Assembly (NCBI GenBank): GCA_002269645.1
Contig: NIVC01000082.1
Span: forward strand, 372,001 to 436,000
DNA: 64,000 bases
Direction of reading: 5' to 3'
From: Macrostomum lignano
Lineage: Eukaryota
Of this stretch, positions 35,601-49,315 are shown piece by piece (the first letter of the stretch is position 1; each line of letters starts with the position of its first letter). The position numbers and the translations under genes were made by a program. The notes under the pieces are model-generated. The model made no database searches. It was not told where the DNA came from and saw only the letters and a program-made list of their open reading frames with translations.

Positions 35601-38600
35601 GGTAGACAAAAGCATAATGATGATCTATTTCTAGATAGCAAAAGACATCACATGACAAGGTTTGTGTTATTGAAACAATATTTTTCTGGCTATCTATTTA
35701 CGGAAAAATTATAGCTGAGTTCTGTCGGACGATTCTTAGTTCTGTTTGTCAGGAGCGATTTTTAGTTCTGTCAGGGGCGATTTTTAGTTCTGTCAGGGCG
35801 ATTCTTAGTTCTGTCACGGTGATTATTAGTTCTGTCACGGTGATTATTAGTTCTGTCACGGAGATTCTTAGTTCTGTCACGGTGATTATTAGTTCTGTCA
35901 CGGAGATTCTTAGTTCTGTCAGGAGCGATTCTTAGTTCTGTTTGTCAGGAGCGATTTTTAGTTCTGTCAGGGGCGATTTTTAGTTCTGTCACGGAGATTC
36001 TTAGTTCTGTCAGGAGCGATTCTTAGATCTGTTTGTCAGGAGCGATTCTTAGTTCTGTCCGGGGCGATTCTTAGTTCTGTCAGGAGCGATTCTTAGTTCT
36101 GTCTGCCAAGAGCGATTCTTAGTTCTGTCAGGAGCGATTCTTAGTTCTGTCTGCCAAGAGCGATTCTTAGTTCTGTCAGGAGCGATTCTTAGTTTGTCAG
36201 GGGCGATTCTTAGTTTTGTCGGGGAGATTCTTAATTCTGTCAGGGGCGATTCTTAGTTCTGTCAGAGGCGATTCTTAGTTCTGTCGGGGCGATTCTTAGT
36301 TCTGTCAGGAGCGATTCTTCGTTATGCCAGGAGTGATTCTTAGTTCTGTCAGGGCGATTCTTAGTTCTGTCAGAGGCGATTCTTAGTTTTGTCGGGGGCG
36401 ATTCTTAATTCTGTCAGGGGCGATTCTTAGTTCTGTTAGTTGAGACGATTCTTAGTTCTGTCAGGAGCGATTCTTAGTTATGCCAGGAGTGATTCTTAGT
36501 TCTGTCAGGAGCGATTCTTAGTTCTGTCAGGAGCGATTCAGAAAGTTAAACAACAAAGACACTTTACCTGGCATATAAAGCGACAGAGGCAGTTTAGCAA
36601 TCCGCACCAGGTGGTACTGAGGAGGCTGCTGATGCTGCAGATGGCAGTAACCATCTCCACCGGCTACTCCGCCAGCCACAGAGGGCAGCAACAACTCCAC
36701 AGAGTTAAATTTTCTAGTTTTATCCTCGGAATACGGGTTGGCCACTATTAGGTAGCCGCGAACGTAGCTCATGCCGCAACGGGGAGTCGAGTTCAAGTCT
36801 AGTTCCGCTTGACGATTCGGCAGCATGTGATGATAGCGGGCCAGCCTGAGCAGTTCCTGCAGTTTGGGGTATCTATCAGTGTAATCCCAGGTATCTCACC
36901 CAATCAAATCCCAGGTATCTAACCCAATCGAATCCCAGGTATCTCACCCAATCGAATCCCAGGTATCTCACCTAATCGAATGCCAGGTATCTCACCCAAT
37001 CGAATCCCAGGTATCTCACCTAATCGAATCCCAGGTATCTCACCCAATCGAATCCCAGGTATCTCACCTAATCGAATGCCAGGTATCTCACCCAATCGAA
37101 TCCCAGGTATCTCACCTAATCAAATCCCAGGTATCTAACCCAATCGAATCCCAGGTATCTCACCTAATCGAATGCCAGGTATCTCACTCAATCGAATCCC
37201 AGGTATCTCACCTAATCGAATCCCAGGTATATTACCCAATCGAATCCCAGGTATCTCACCTAATCGAATCCCAGGTATATTACCCAATCAAATCCCAGGT
37301 ATCTCACCCAATCGAATCCCAGGTATCTCACCTAATCGAATGCCAGGTATCTCACCCAATCGAATCCCAGGTATCTCACCTAATCGAATCCCAGGTATCT
37401 CACCCAATCGAATCCCAGGTATCTCACCTAATCGAATGCCAGGTATCTCACCCAATCGAATCCCAGGTATCTCACCTAATCAAATCCCAGGTATCTAACC
37501 CAATCGAATCCCAGGTATCTCACCTAATCGAATGCCAGGTATCTCACTCAATCGAATCCCAGGTATCTCACCTAATCGAATCCCAGGTATATTACCCAAT
37601 CGAATCCCAGGTATCTCACCTAATCGAATCCCAGGTATATTACCCAATCAAATCCCAGGTATCTCACCTAATCGAATGCCAGGTATCTCACCCAATCGAA
37701 TCCCAGGTATCTCACCTAATCGAATCCCAGGTATCTCACCCAATCGAATCCCAGGTATCTCACCCAATCGAATCCCAGGTATCTCACCTAATCGAATCCC
37801 AGGTATCTTACCCAATCGAATCCCAGGTATCTCACCCAATCGAATCCCAGGTATCTTACCCAATCGAATCCCAGGTATCTCACCTAATCGAATCCCAGGT
37901 ATCTCACCCAATCGAATCCCAGGTATCTAACCCAATCGAATCCCAGGTATCTCACCCAATCGAATCCCAGGTATCTCACCCAATCGAATCCCAGGTATCT
38001 CACCCAATCGAATCCCAGGTATCTTACCCAATCGAATCCCAGGTATCTCACCCAATCGAATCCCAGGTATCTTACCCAATCGAATCCCAGGTATCTCACC
38101 CAATCGAATCCCAGGTATCTCACCCAATTAAATCTCAGGCATCTTACCCAATCGAATGCCAGGTATCTCACCCAATCGAATCCCAGGTATCTCACCAAAT
38201 CAGATCCCAGTTATCTCACCCAATCAAATCCCAGGTATCTCACCCAATTAAATCTCAGGCATCTCATCCAATCGAATCCCAGGTATCTCACCCAATAAAA
38301 TCCCAGGTATCTCACCCAATCAAATCCCAGGTAACAGGTAATCGCTCACCTGCACTTTACTATCGGCCTGCAGCATAGGCTCGCACTCGACCCTGTCGCA
38401 CAGGTAATAACAGCTCATACAGGCGAATCGAACATATTTCATAATGTCATAAGCTTGGCTTAGTCGAGCCTGGGGGTCCCGGGCCAGCCAAGCCAAGCAG
38501 GCCTCGAACACCGCCTCCTCGGATTGGACGCACAGAAAATCGTCGCGAATAATTTCGGCCAATCTGTCCGCTGGCAGACTGAGAAACTCGTCTTGGCTGC

Positions 38601-41600
38601 AGATCTGCGATCCGGTTGGAGACTCATGAGGTGGGTCTTGCAAATTTATCTTTTTCACTCACCCTTCATCTCAGGCTCACTATCTCCCCCTTCATCTCAG
38701 TCTTACTTCCTCACCATTCGTCTCAGGCTCACTATCTCTCCCCTTCGTCTCAGGCTCACTATCTCCCCCTTCATCTCAGTCTTACTTCCTCACCATTCGT
38801 CTCAGGCTCACTATCTCTCCCCTTCGTCTCAGGCTCACTATCTCCCCCTTCATCTCAGTCTTACTTCCTCACCATTCGTCTCAGGCTCACTATCTCTCCC
38901 CTTCATCTCAGTCTCACTATCTCCCCCTTCATCTCAGTGTCACTTTCTCACCCTTCATCTCAGTCTCATTTTCTCACCCTTCATCTCAGTCTCACTTTCT
39001 CACCCTTCATCCCAGTCTCACTTTCTCACCCTTCATCTCAGTCTCATTTTCTCACCCTTCATCCCAGTCTCACTTTCTCACCCTTCATCCCAGTCTCACT
39101 TTCTCACCCTTCATCTCAGTCTCATTTTCTCACCCTTCATCCCAGTCTCACTTTCTCACCCTTCATCTCAGTCTTATTTTCTCACCCTTCATCCCAGTCT
39201 CACTTTCTCACCCTTCATCTCAGTCTCGTTTTCTCACCCTTCATGTTATTATGATTTTCTAACCCTTCATGTTAGTCTCACTTTATCACCCATCATCTCA
39301 GTCTCATTTTCTCACCCTTCATCTCAGTCTCGTTTTCTCACCCTTCATGTTATTATGATTTTCTAACCCTTCATGTTAGTCTCACTTTATCACCTATCAT
39401 CTCAGTCTCATTTTCTCACCCTTCATCTCAGTCTCATTTTCTCACCCTTCATCCCAGTCTCACTTTCTCACCCTTCGTCCCAATCACATTTTTCTTACTT
39501 TTCGTATCAGTAACTCATTTATCATCTTGGCAATCTTGCCATATAGTTTTAACACACGAACTTCTCCGATTTATGAATCTCACTATCTGAACCTACAGTA
39601 GTTTTTGTTTATCTACTTACAAGTTCTAAACGGCTTACTAACAGTAGCAATACAAGGTAATCCAACAAGTACAAACCTCTTGAAAGCTGGACCCAATAAC
39701 CGTCCTGGCCAATTGGGCCAACGCGTGACAATCGTGCAGTCGGGCGAAAAAGTACACAGGCAAACAATTAGCCTTAGTCACGTGACGCCGCATGTACTCG
39801 GCGCATGCGGCTTTCAATGAAGGCAACTGTAGGAGATTAGCGGCCGATAGTAGGCATTGGACAGAGTCCAAACTGAGATTCACAGAGCCTGTGTAGATGT
39901 AGGACAGCACCAATTCAAAGGTTGCCGGCTCCATGTCTGATAGGGTCACCTGATTGCTAACGGATTCGCGCAAACTGTGACTAAACATTGCCATGAAAAA
40001 TGGGCTCGACATCGCTAAGATGTTTTTGTGGGCAGCGAAATTTACCTGCAAGTTTGAGGATTGGCAAAGATAGATAAGGAGTTCGTTGAGAGCCTGCGTA
40101 TACTAGGTGAAAAAAGCTCGTAGGGAGCCTGCTTGCAAAGGAATTCGTAGAGAGCCTGCGTACACTAGATGAAGGAGTTCGTAGAGAGCATGCGTATACT
40201 AGGTGAAGAAGTTTGTAGAGTCAGTGTACACTAGGTGAAGGAGTTTGTAGAGTCTCTGTACACTAGGTGAAGGAGTTTGTAGAGTCTGTGTACACTAGGT
40301 GAAGGAGTTTGTAGAGTCTCTGTACACTAGGTGAAGGAGTTTGTAGTCTGTGTACACTAGGTGAAGGAGTTTGTAGAGTCTGCGTACACTAGGTGAAGGA
40401 GTTTGTAGAGTCTCTGTACACTAGGTGAAGGAGTTTGTAGTCTGTGTACACTAGGTGAAGGAGTTTGTAGAGTCTGTGTACACTAGGTGAAGGAGTTTGT
40501 AGGGTCTGCGTACACTAGGTGAAGGAGTTTGTAGAGTCTCTGTACACTAGGTGAAGGAGTTTGTAGAGTCTGTGTACACTAGGTGAAGGAGTTTGTAGAG
40601 TCTGTGTACACTAGGTGAAGGAGTTTGTAGTCTGTGTACACTAGGTGAAGGAGTTTGTAGAGTCTCTGTACACTAGGTGAAGGAGTTTGTAGTCTGTGTA
40701 CACTAGGTGAAGGAGTTTGTAGAGTCTGCGTACACTAGGTGAAGGAGTTTGTAGAGTCTGTGTACACTAGGTGAAGGAGTTTGTAGAGTCTCTGTACACT
40801 AGGTGAAGGAGTTTGTAGAGTCTGTGTACACTAGGTGAAGGAGTTTGTAGAGTCTGTGTACACTAGGTGAAGGAGTTTGTAGTCTGTGTACACTAGGTGA
40901 AGGAGTTTGTAGTCTGTGTACACTAGGTGAAGGAGTTTGTAGAGTCTGCGTACACTAGGTGAAGGAGTTTGTAGAGTCTGCGTACACTAGGTGAAGGAGT
41001 TTGTAGATTCTGTGTACACTAGGTGAAGGAGTTTGTAGGGTCTGCGTACACTAGGTGAAGGAGTTTGTAGTCTGTGTACACTAGGTGAAGGAGTTTGTAG
41101 GGTCTGTGTACACTAGGTGAAGGAGTTTGTAGGGTCTGTGTACACTAGGTGAAGGAGTTTGTAGAGTCTGCGTACACTAGGTGAAGGAGTTTGTAGATTC
41201 TGTGTACACTAGGTGAAGGAGTTTGTAGAGTCTGCGTACACTAGGTGAAGGAGTTTGTAGAGTCTGCGTACACTAGGTGAAGGAGTTTGTAGAGTCTGCG
41301 TACACTAGGTGAAGGATTTTGTAGAGTCTGCGTACACTAGGTGAAAAAGCTCGTAGGGAGCCTGCTTGCGAAGGAATTCGTAGAGAGCCTGTGTACACTG
41401 GGGTTGTGTCGAGGGAATGTTATACTGTCTAACAATAGATGGTCGAGAGCCTCCCAAACAGGAGCAGTTGTCTGGCATTCAATTTAACCAACCTGACCAA
41501 CAGAAATATCCACATCGGCAAACTGTTTAGTCTCGTAAAGTGATCGAAACGCCTTAGCCATTCGTTCGGCCTTGTTCTCGTCAACAAATCTAACAGTTTC

Positions 41601-41966
41601 AGCCGTGGCTGCATCGGCCGAGCTGTCAGTGGAGTCGCTGGTTGATTCAGCATCAACGGCTGCTGCAGTTGTCGATGATGCAGCGGCAGCTTGGTTGCCA
41701 TCTCCAGCCGCAGCTGTTGCCGATGTCGAAGAAGAGGCGACAGTTCGATTTAGATTTCTAGCCAGACGGTTTCCACCTCCGCCGCTGTGCGTGCACGGAC
41801 AAAAATTCGAAGTTGGCTGATGGTGAATCATCTGCTGCGGCAGAGCCTGAGGATTCATCAGTGGCAGCTGGGCCTGAGCCATAGGCTGATGATGATGATG
41901 ATGATGATGAGGCTGGTGCGGTCGAGGCAACGGCAGTGGAGGCGGCGGCTGCTGCTGTTGTTGCAT
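32628..41966 (-). CDS. Kelch-like protein (BTB-BACK-Kelch; probable CUL3 adaptor), about 776 aa
   Basis: Exons 41966-41493, 40045-39677, 38604-38350, 36856-36568, 34380-33978, 33168-32628, phases 0,0,0,1,2. BTB (FADVDISVG, AHKNILAMSSPFFMAMF), BACK (EFLSLP, EEAVFEACLAW, VRF), Kelch repeats with VYAVGG, LYTFGG, LYVIGG, YDPQSDSW. Confidence 0.93.
33220..33965. repeat. 13-14-bp minisatellite filling the last Kelch-gene intron
   Basis: Unit TGAACCTGAAGG(G)A. Confidence 0.94.
34390..36540. repeat. Two minisatellites in Kelch-gene intron 4
   Basis: About 30-bp GAGATTCAGAGAGGTGAGCAAGGGTGAGATTG (34390-35185) and about 23-bp GTTCTGTCAGGAGCGATTCTTA (35725-36540). Confidence 0.92.
36880..38332. repeat. 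24-bp minisatellite filling Kelch-gene intron 3
   Basis: Unit AATCCCAGGTATCTCACCCAATCG, about 60 units; internal 360-bp block duplication (37172 vs 37532). Confidence 0.95.
38655..39480. repeat. About 26-bp pyrimidine-rich minisatellite
   Basis: Unit CTCACCCTTCATCTCAGTCTCACTTT. Confidence 0.92.
40075..41400. repeat. 32-bp minisatellite in Kelch-gene intron 1
   Basis: Unit TACACTAGGTGAAGGAGTTTGTAGAGTCTGTG, about 40 units. Confidence 0.95.
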
Positions 41967-42099
41967 GATTCGGCAAAGCAAGTCAGGAATTAGTGAAAGT
42001 TATTGCTAGTCTGATTGATTCTTACAATTCAAGTGCACGAGGCTCTCTATTGTAATTAGATTGTATCATGTCTTGCTTAGAGATATCTAGAACAGCTTT

Positions 42100-45000
42100 T
42101 AGATTTCTCTACCGATGCTTAGATATCTCTACCGATGCTTAGATCTCTCTATCCATGCTTAGATCTCTCTATCCATGCTTAGATATCTCTATCTATGCTT
42201 AGATATCTCTATCTATGCTTAGATATCTCTATCTATGCTTAGATATCTCTATCTATGCTTAGATCTCTCTACCGATGCTTAGATCTCTCTATCGATGCTT
42301 AAAAATCTCTATCTATGCTTAGATATCTCTATCGATGCTTAGATATCTCTACCGATGCTTAGATATCTCTACCGATGCTTAGATCTCTCTATCCATGCTT
42401 AGATATCGCTATCTATGCTTAGATATCTCTATCTATGCTTAGATATCTCTATCTATGCTTAGATATCTCTATCTATGCTTAGACATCTCTATCTATGCTT
42501 AGATATCTCTATCTATGCTTAGATCTCTCTACCGATGCTTAGATCTCTCTATCGATGCTTAGATATCGCTATCTATGCTTAGATATCTCTATCGATGCTT
42601 AGATATCTCTACCGATGCTTAGATATCTCTACCGATGCTTAGATCTCTCTATCCATGCTTAGATATCGCTATCTATGCTTAGATATCTCTATCTATGCTT
42701 AGATATCTCTATCTATGCTTAGACATCTCTATCTATGCTTAGATATCTCTATCTATGCTTAGATATCTCTACCGATGCTTAGATCTCTCTATCGATGCTT
42801 AGATATCTCTATCTATGCTTAGATATCTCTATCGATGCTTAGATATCTCTACGATGCTTAGATCTCTCTATCCATGCTTAGATATCGCTATCTATGCTTA
42901 GATATCTCTATCGATGCTTAGATCTCTCTATCCATGCTTAGATATCGCTATCTATGCTTAGATATCTCTACCGATGCTTAGATCTCTCTATCCATGCTTA
43001 GATATCGCTATCTATGCTTAGATATCTCTATCTATGCTTAGATATCTCTATCTATGCTTAGATATCCCTACCGATGCTTAGATCTCTCTATCCATGCTTG
43101 GATATCTCTACCGATGCTTAGATATCTCTACCGATACTTAGATCTCTCTACCGATGCTTAGATATCTCTACCGATGCTTAGATCTCTCTATCGATGCTTA
43201 GATATCTCTATCTATGCTTAGATATCTCTATCGATGCTTAGATATCTCTACCGATGCTTAGATCTCTCTACCGATGCTTAGATATCGCTATCTATGCTTA
43301 GATATCTCTATCTATGCTTAGATATCTCTATCTATGCTTAGATATCCCTACCGATGCTTAGATCTCTCTATCCATGCTTGGATATCTCTACCGATGCTTA
43401 GATATCTCTACCGATACTTAGATCTCTCTACCGATGCTTAGATATCTCTACCGATGCTTAGATCTCTCTATCGATGCTTAGATATCTCTATCTATGCTTA
43501 GATATCTCTATCGATGCTTAGATATCTCTACCGATGCTTAGATCTCTCTACCGATGCTTAGATATCGCTATCTATGCTTAGATATCTCTACCGATGCTTA
43601 GATCTCTCTATCGATGCTTAGATATCTCTATCTATGCTTAGATATCTCTATCGATGCTTAGATATCTCTACCGATGCTTAGATCTCTCTACCGATGCTTA
43701 GATATCGCTATCTATGCTTAGATATCTCTACCGATGCTTAGATCTCTCTATCCATGCTTAGATATCTCTACCGATGCTTAGATCTCTCTATCCATGCTTA
43801 GATATCGCTATCTATGCTTAGATATCTCTATCGATGCTTAGATCTCTCTATCCATGCTTAGATATCGCTATCTATGCTTAGATATCTCTAAAGATGCTTA
43901 GATCTCTCTATCCATACTTAGATATCTCTACCGATGCTTAGATCTCTCTATCCATGCTTAGATATCTCTACCGATGCTTAGATATCTCTATTGATGCTTA
44001 GATATCTCTTCCGATACTTAGATCTCTCTACCGATGCTTAGATATCTCTATCGATGCTTAGATCTCTCTATCCATGCTTAGATATCTCTACCGATACTTA
44101 GATCTCTCTACCGATGCTTAGATATCTCTACCGATGCTTAGATCTCTCTATCGATGCTTAGATATCTCTATCTATGCTTAGATATCTCTATCGATGCTTA
44201 GATATCTCTACCGATACTTAGATCTCTCTACCGATGCTTAGATATCTCTACCGATGCTTAGATCTCTATATCGATGCTTAGATATCTCTATCTATGCTTA
44301 GATATCTCTATCGATGCTTAGATATCTCTACCGATGCTTAGATCTCTCTACCGATGCTTAGATATCGCTATCTATGCTTAGATATCTCTATCTATGCTTA
44401 GATATCTCTATCTATGCTTAGATATCCCTACCGATGCTTAGATCTCTCTATCCATGCTTGGATATCTCTACCGATGCTTAGATATCTCTACCGATACTTA
44501 GATCTCTCTACCGATGCTTAGATATCTCTACCGATGCTTAGATCTCTCTATCGATGCTTAGATATCTCTATCTATGCTTAGATATCTCTATCGATGCTTA
44601 GATATCTCTACCGATGCTTAGATCTCTCTACCGATGCTTAGATATCGCTATCTATGCTTAGATATCTCTACCGATGCTTAGATCTCTCTATCGATGCTTA
44701 GATATCTCTATCTATGCTTAGATATCTCTATCGATGCTTAGATATCTCTACCGATGCTTAGATCTCTCTACCGATGCTTAGATATCGCTATCTATGCTTA
44801 GATATCTCTACCGATGCTTAGATCTCTCTATCCATGCTTAGATATCTCTACCGATGCTTAGATCTCTCTATCCATGCTTAGATATCGCTATCTATGCTTA
44901 GATATCTCTATCGATGCTTAGATCTCTCTATCCATGCTTAGATATCGCTATCTATGCTTAGATATCTCTAAAGATGCTTAGATCTCTCTATCCATACTTA

Positions 45001-46065
45001 GATATCTCTACCGATGCTTAGATCTCTCTATCCATGCTTAGATATCTCTACCGATGCTTAGATATCTCTATTGATGCTTAGATATCTCTTCCGATACTTA
45101 GATCTCTCTACCGATGCTTAGATATCTCTATCGATGCTTAGATATCTCTACCGATGCTTAGATATCTCTACCGATACTTAGATATCTCTACCGATGCTTA
45201 GATATCTCTACCGATGCTTAGATCTCTCTATCCATGCTTAGATATCGCTATCTATGCTTAGATATCTCTATCTATGCTTAGATATCTCTATCTATGCTTA
45301 GATATCTCTACCGATGCTTAGATCTCTCTATCCATGCTTAGATATCGCTATCTATGCTTAGATATCTCTATCTATGCTTAGATATCTCTATCGATGCTTA
45401 GATCTCTCTACCGATGCTTAGATCTCTCTATCCATGCTTAGATATCGCTATCTGTGCTTAGATATCTCTACCGATGCTTAGATATCTCTACCGATACTTA
45501 GATATCTCTACCCATGCTTAGATATCTCTACCGATGCTTAGATATCTTTACCGATGCTTAGATATCTCTACCGATGCTTAGATATCTCTACCGATGCTTA
45601 GATCTCTCTACCGATGCTTAGATCTCTCTACCGATGCTTAGATCTCTCTATCCATGCTTAGATATCGCTATCTATGCTTAGATATCTCTATCGATGCTTA
45701 GATCTCTCTATCCATGCTTAGATATCGCTATCTATGCTTAGATATCTCTAAAGATGCTTAGATCTCTCTATCCATACTTAGATATCTCTACCGATGCTTA
45801 GATCTCTCTATCCATGCTTAGATATCTCTACCGATGCTTAGATATCTCTATCGATGCTTAGATATCTCTACCGATACTTAGATCTCTCTACCGATGCTTA
45901 GATATCTCTACCGATGCTTAGATATCTCTACCGATGCTTAGATATCTCTACCGATACTTAGATATCTCTACCGATGCTTAGATATCTCTACCGATGCTTA
46001 GATCTCTCTATCCATGCTTAGATATCGCTATCTATGCTTAGATATATCTACCCATACTCTTCTTA
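42100..46065. repeat. 3.9-kb 20-bp satellite with higher-order repeat
   Basis: Unit CTTAGATATCTCTACCGATG, about 197 units; rare variants recur 1080 bp apart. Confidence 0.97.
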
Positions 46066-46886
46066 TGCTTAGATCACAAATAAATTTCACATGTAATTCA
46101 GATGTCAATACTTAAAGTGCAGACACAGGAAAATGTTCATTATAAATAAGAAATCGATACCAATAAGTTTACTAAAATGATTAACTAACAACTGGCTAAC
46201 TAGCCAGCTCCTTACCAGCTCAAGATTAGGCAGGCAGCTAACAATAAACAGTTGATTAAGCAATTAATGGCATGCCAAAAATCGAGTAAATAGAGAAAAA
46301 ACACAAAATTAGACATAAATATAATAAAAAAACACACAAGCTTATAAATTTGTTTCTAACGCAGAAGAGATTAATTAGACAAAGTACAACAATATAATGG
46401 ATTAAATGTTTGCATTTTTATCTAATTAGTAAAGTATTAACACACATAATATAATAATCATAGTTTCTCATTGTACAATTCAAGTTTTCGCAGTTCATTT
46501 TACGTAGTAGAACAAAATTTTTCAGCATTTTTGCAACCTCCTTGCAGGCCTGAAGTGAATGACGAGTCTTCAAAGTACTTTAAAGTACATAGAATCTTTG
46601 CTGAGACTGCAGTCCCTCTCACTCTTTATCTTCTTATCCCTGTCCCTCATCCTATCTCCCTGTCACTCTCGACACTGTTTCACTTCCGCTCCCTCTACTA
46701 CGAGTTTCCTTTCATTCTCTAACCCTAACCCTCCTTCACTCTTCCCTTCCCTCCTCTCCCTTTCTCCCTCCTTCCCCCCTCCCTCTTTACCCACTCTTTA
46801 TCTCTCCCTGTTCTCCACTCCGTTCCACTCCGTTCCACTCCGTTCCACTCCGTTCCACTCCATTTTTCTTCTTAATCTCCTACTCC

Positions 46887-46931
<45 letters not shown>

Positions 46932-47169
46932 TTCTGTTTCTTCCTCAACTCCGGAAATACCTCGGAAAAAACCAACTAAAATCTCTAATTGTAGGCGATG
47001 TTTAACACAGACTAAGACAGTCACTTTTTATAACTTGAACTGACAAAATTGATGCTTATTAAATAAATAAATAAAAAATTTGACGTCATTAAACATTGAC
47101 CTAATCAGCTACTGACTTTACTACAAGTATCAAAAAGTAAGTTATATAAAAAACAACGATTATAACGGA

Positions 47170-47952
47170 TTAAGCTTCCGTTTCACTAGCAGAACTTGAT
47201 TCGCCTTTGCTAGCTGGAGACCCGCTAGAGGCGCTGACAGTTGAATCGCCAACAGTGGATTCGTTGCCAAGGCCCAATTCCTCTAACACCGGTACAATAA
47301 GAATCTCCTTAGTCATCAGCTGGTATTTCATCACAAACACGGTAAATCGTCTGCACAAGTAGGTCTCCTCTTCGAATGCGTCAAATACGCCTCGGTGATG
47401 AAAATAGGCGTGCGAAAACACACGATAGACCCTGCGACAGATGCTGGCCAGTTTGCCAATACTGGCCTCCTTAATGCTGACCCGGCTAGGGAAATATTTA
47501 CTACTATTGAGTAGGCAGGCCGCCCCGTCAAGGGTGTGTCTGGTATAGTCTATGGCCGAGCACTCCATCGGCGTGCGATGGGCGGCGCACAGGAAGATCC
47601 ACTGCTCAGTGGCCGTCATCTGACTGCACACGTCCGGTCGGCATTCGGCTTGCAGCCGGACAGCCAGGCCGTTCAACTCCATACAGAACTGTCTGAGGTG
47701 TTCGTATTTCCACACGTTGATGTCCTGACCTTCGGGAGGGTTCAGAATCAGATCAACATTAGACGGATCGGCTTTAGTCAGCTGTTGAATGTACTGCTGC
47801 ACAGTCAGGGTGGAGTCCATCTCGTCGAAGCTCTGGTCTGGCCAATTGCTCCATTTTGCTCGGCTGGTGCCGGGCAGATTTCTGCGGATGATCTTCTGGG
47901 GATCTGCGGCTGAGCCATCTGGTGGGGATGAGGCTAAAGCGGCCGATGCCAT
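47170..47952 (-). CDS. MOB4: MOB4 / phocein (STRIPAK subunit), intronless CDS, 260 aa
   Basis: Single ORF with [80 protein letters not shown], characteristic of MOB4. Confidence 0.97.
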   Translation of the reverse strand: MASAALASSPPDGSAADPQKIIRRNLPGTSRAKWSNWPDQSFDEMDSTLTVQQYIQQLTKADPSNVDLILNPPEGQDINVWKYEHLRQFCMELNGLAVRLQAECRPDVCSQMTATEQWIFLCAAHRTPMECSAIDYTRHTLDGAACLLNSSKYFPSRVSIKEASIGKLASICRRVYRVFSHAYFHHRGVFDAFEEETYLCRRFTVFVMKYQLMTKEILIVPVLEELGLGNESTVGDSTVSASSGSPASKGESSSASETEA

Positions 47953-47990
47953 CGCTGCCTACGACTGTTGGCAGCGGGTTGGTGTGAATT
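47953..47990 (-). promoter_or_regulatory. Unpaired 3' splice acceptor 12 nt upstream of the MOB4 ATG (candidate SL trans-splice site)
   Basis: Minus-strand ...ccgctgccaacAG|tcgtaggcagcgATG; no strong donor seen between the COG6 AATAAA (about 49416-49421) and this site. Confidence 0.5.
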
Positions 47991-48044
47991 TGGCGATTGC
48001 AGCTATGAGTGAATGGGTTGATGACGATTCGGGTGGGAAGTGAC

Positions 48045-49315
48045 TGGGGATCTGGGAGGATGGCCCAGCAACTGATGTTCTGGGAGGCTGGCCCAGCAAC
48101 TGATGTTCTGGGAGGCTGGCCTAGCAACTGAGGATCTGGGAGGCTGGCCCTACAACTGACACTCTGGGAGGCTGGCCCAGCAACTGAAGATCTGGGAGAC
48201 TGGCCCAGCAACTGAGGATCTGGGAGGCTGGCCCAGCAACTGACACTCTGGGAGGCTGGCCCAGTAACTGACAGTCTGGGAGGCTGGCCCAGCAACTGAG
48301 GATCTGGGAGGCTGGCCCAGCAACTGACACTCTGGGAGACTGGCCCAGCAACTGATGATCTGGGAGGCTGGCCCAGCAACTGAGGATCTGGGAGGCTGGC
48401 CCAGCAACTGAGGATCTGGGAGGCTGGCCCAGCAACTGAGGATCTGGGAGGCTAGCCCAGCAACTGAGGATCTGGGAGGCTGGCCCAGCAACTGAGGATC
48501 TGGGAGGCTGGCCTAGCAACTGATGTTCTGGGAGGCTGGCCCAGCAACTGATGTTCTGGGAGGCTGGCCTAGCAACTGAGGATCTGGGAGGCTGGCCCAG
48601 CAACTGACACTCTGGGAGGCTGGCCCAGCAACTGACACTCTGGGAGGCTGGCCCAGCAACTGACACTCTGGGAGGCTGGCCCAGCAACTGACACTCTGGG
48701 AGGCTGGCCCAGCAACTGACACTCTGGGAGGCTGGCCCAGCAACTGACACTCTGGGAGGCTGGCCCAGCAACTGACACTCTGGGAGGCTGGCCCAGCAAC
48801 TGACACTCTGGGAGGCTGGCCCAGCAACTGACTCTCTGGGAGGCTGGCCCAGCAACTGACACTCTGGGAGGCTGGCCCAGCAACTGACACTCTGGGAGGC
48901 TGGCCCAGCAACTGACACTCTGGGAGGCTGGCCCAGCAACTGACACTCTGGGAGGCTGGCCCAGCAACTGACACTCTGGGAGGCTGGCCCTGGCCCAGCA
49001 ACTGACACTCTGGGAGGCTGGCCCTGGCCCAGCAACTGACACTCTGGGAGGCTGGCCCTGGCCCAGCAACTGACACTCTGGGAGGCTGGCCCTGGCCCAG
49101 CAACTGACACTCTGGGAGGCTGGCCCAGCAACTGACACTCTGGGAGGCTGGCCCAGCAACTGACACTCTGGGAGGCTGGCCCTGGCCCAGCAACTGACAC
49201 TCTGGGAGGCTGGCCCAGCAACTGACACTCTGGGAGGCTGGCCCAGCAACTGACACTCTGGGAGGCTGGCCCTGGCCCAGCAACTGACACTCTGGGAGGC
49301 TGGCCCAGCAGTTGA
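48045..49315. repeat. 29/35-bp minisatellite between COG6 and MOB4
   Basis: Unit CTGGGAGGCTGGCCCAGCAACTGA(GGAT/CACT/TGTT), with variants arranged in gradients. Confidence 0.95.

Noticed and set aside
46719-46732. (CCCTAA)2 telomere-like motif and adjacent CCACTCCGTT repeats
   Set aside because: Only two units inside a pyrimidine-rich tract; consistent with chance.
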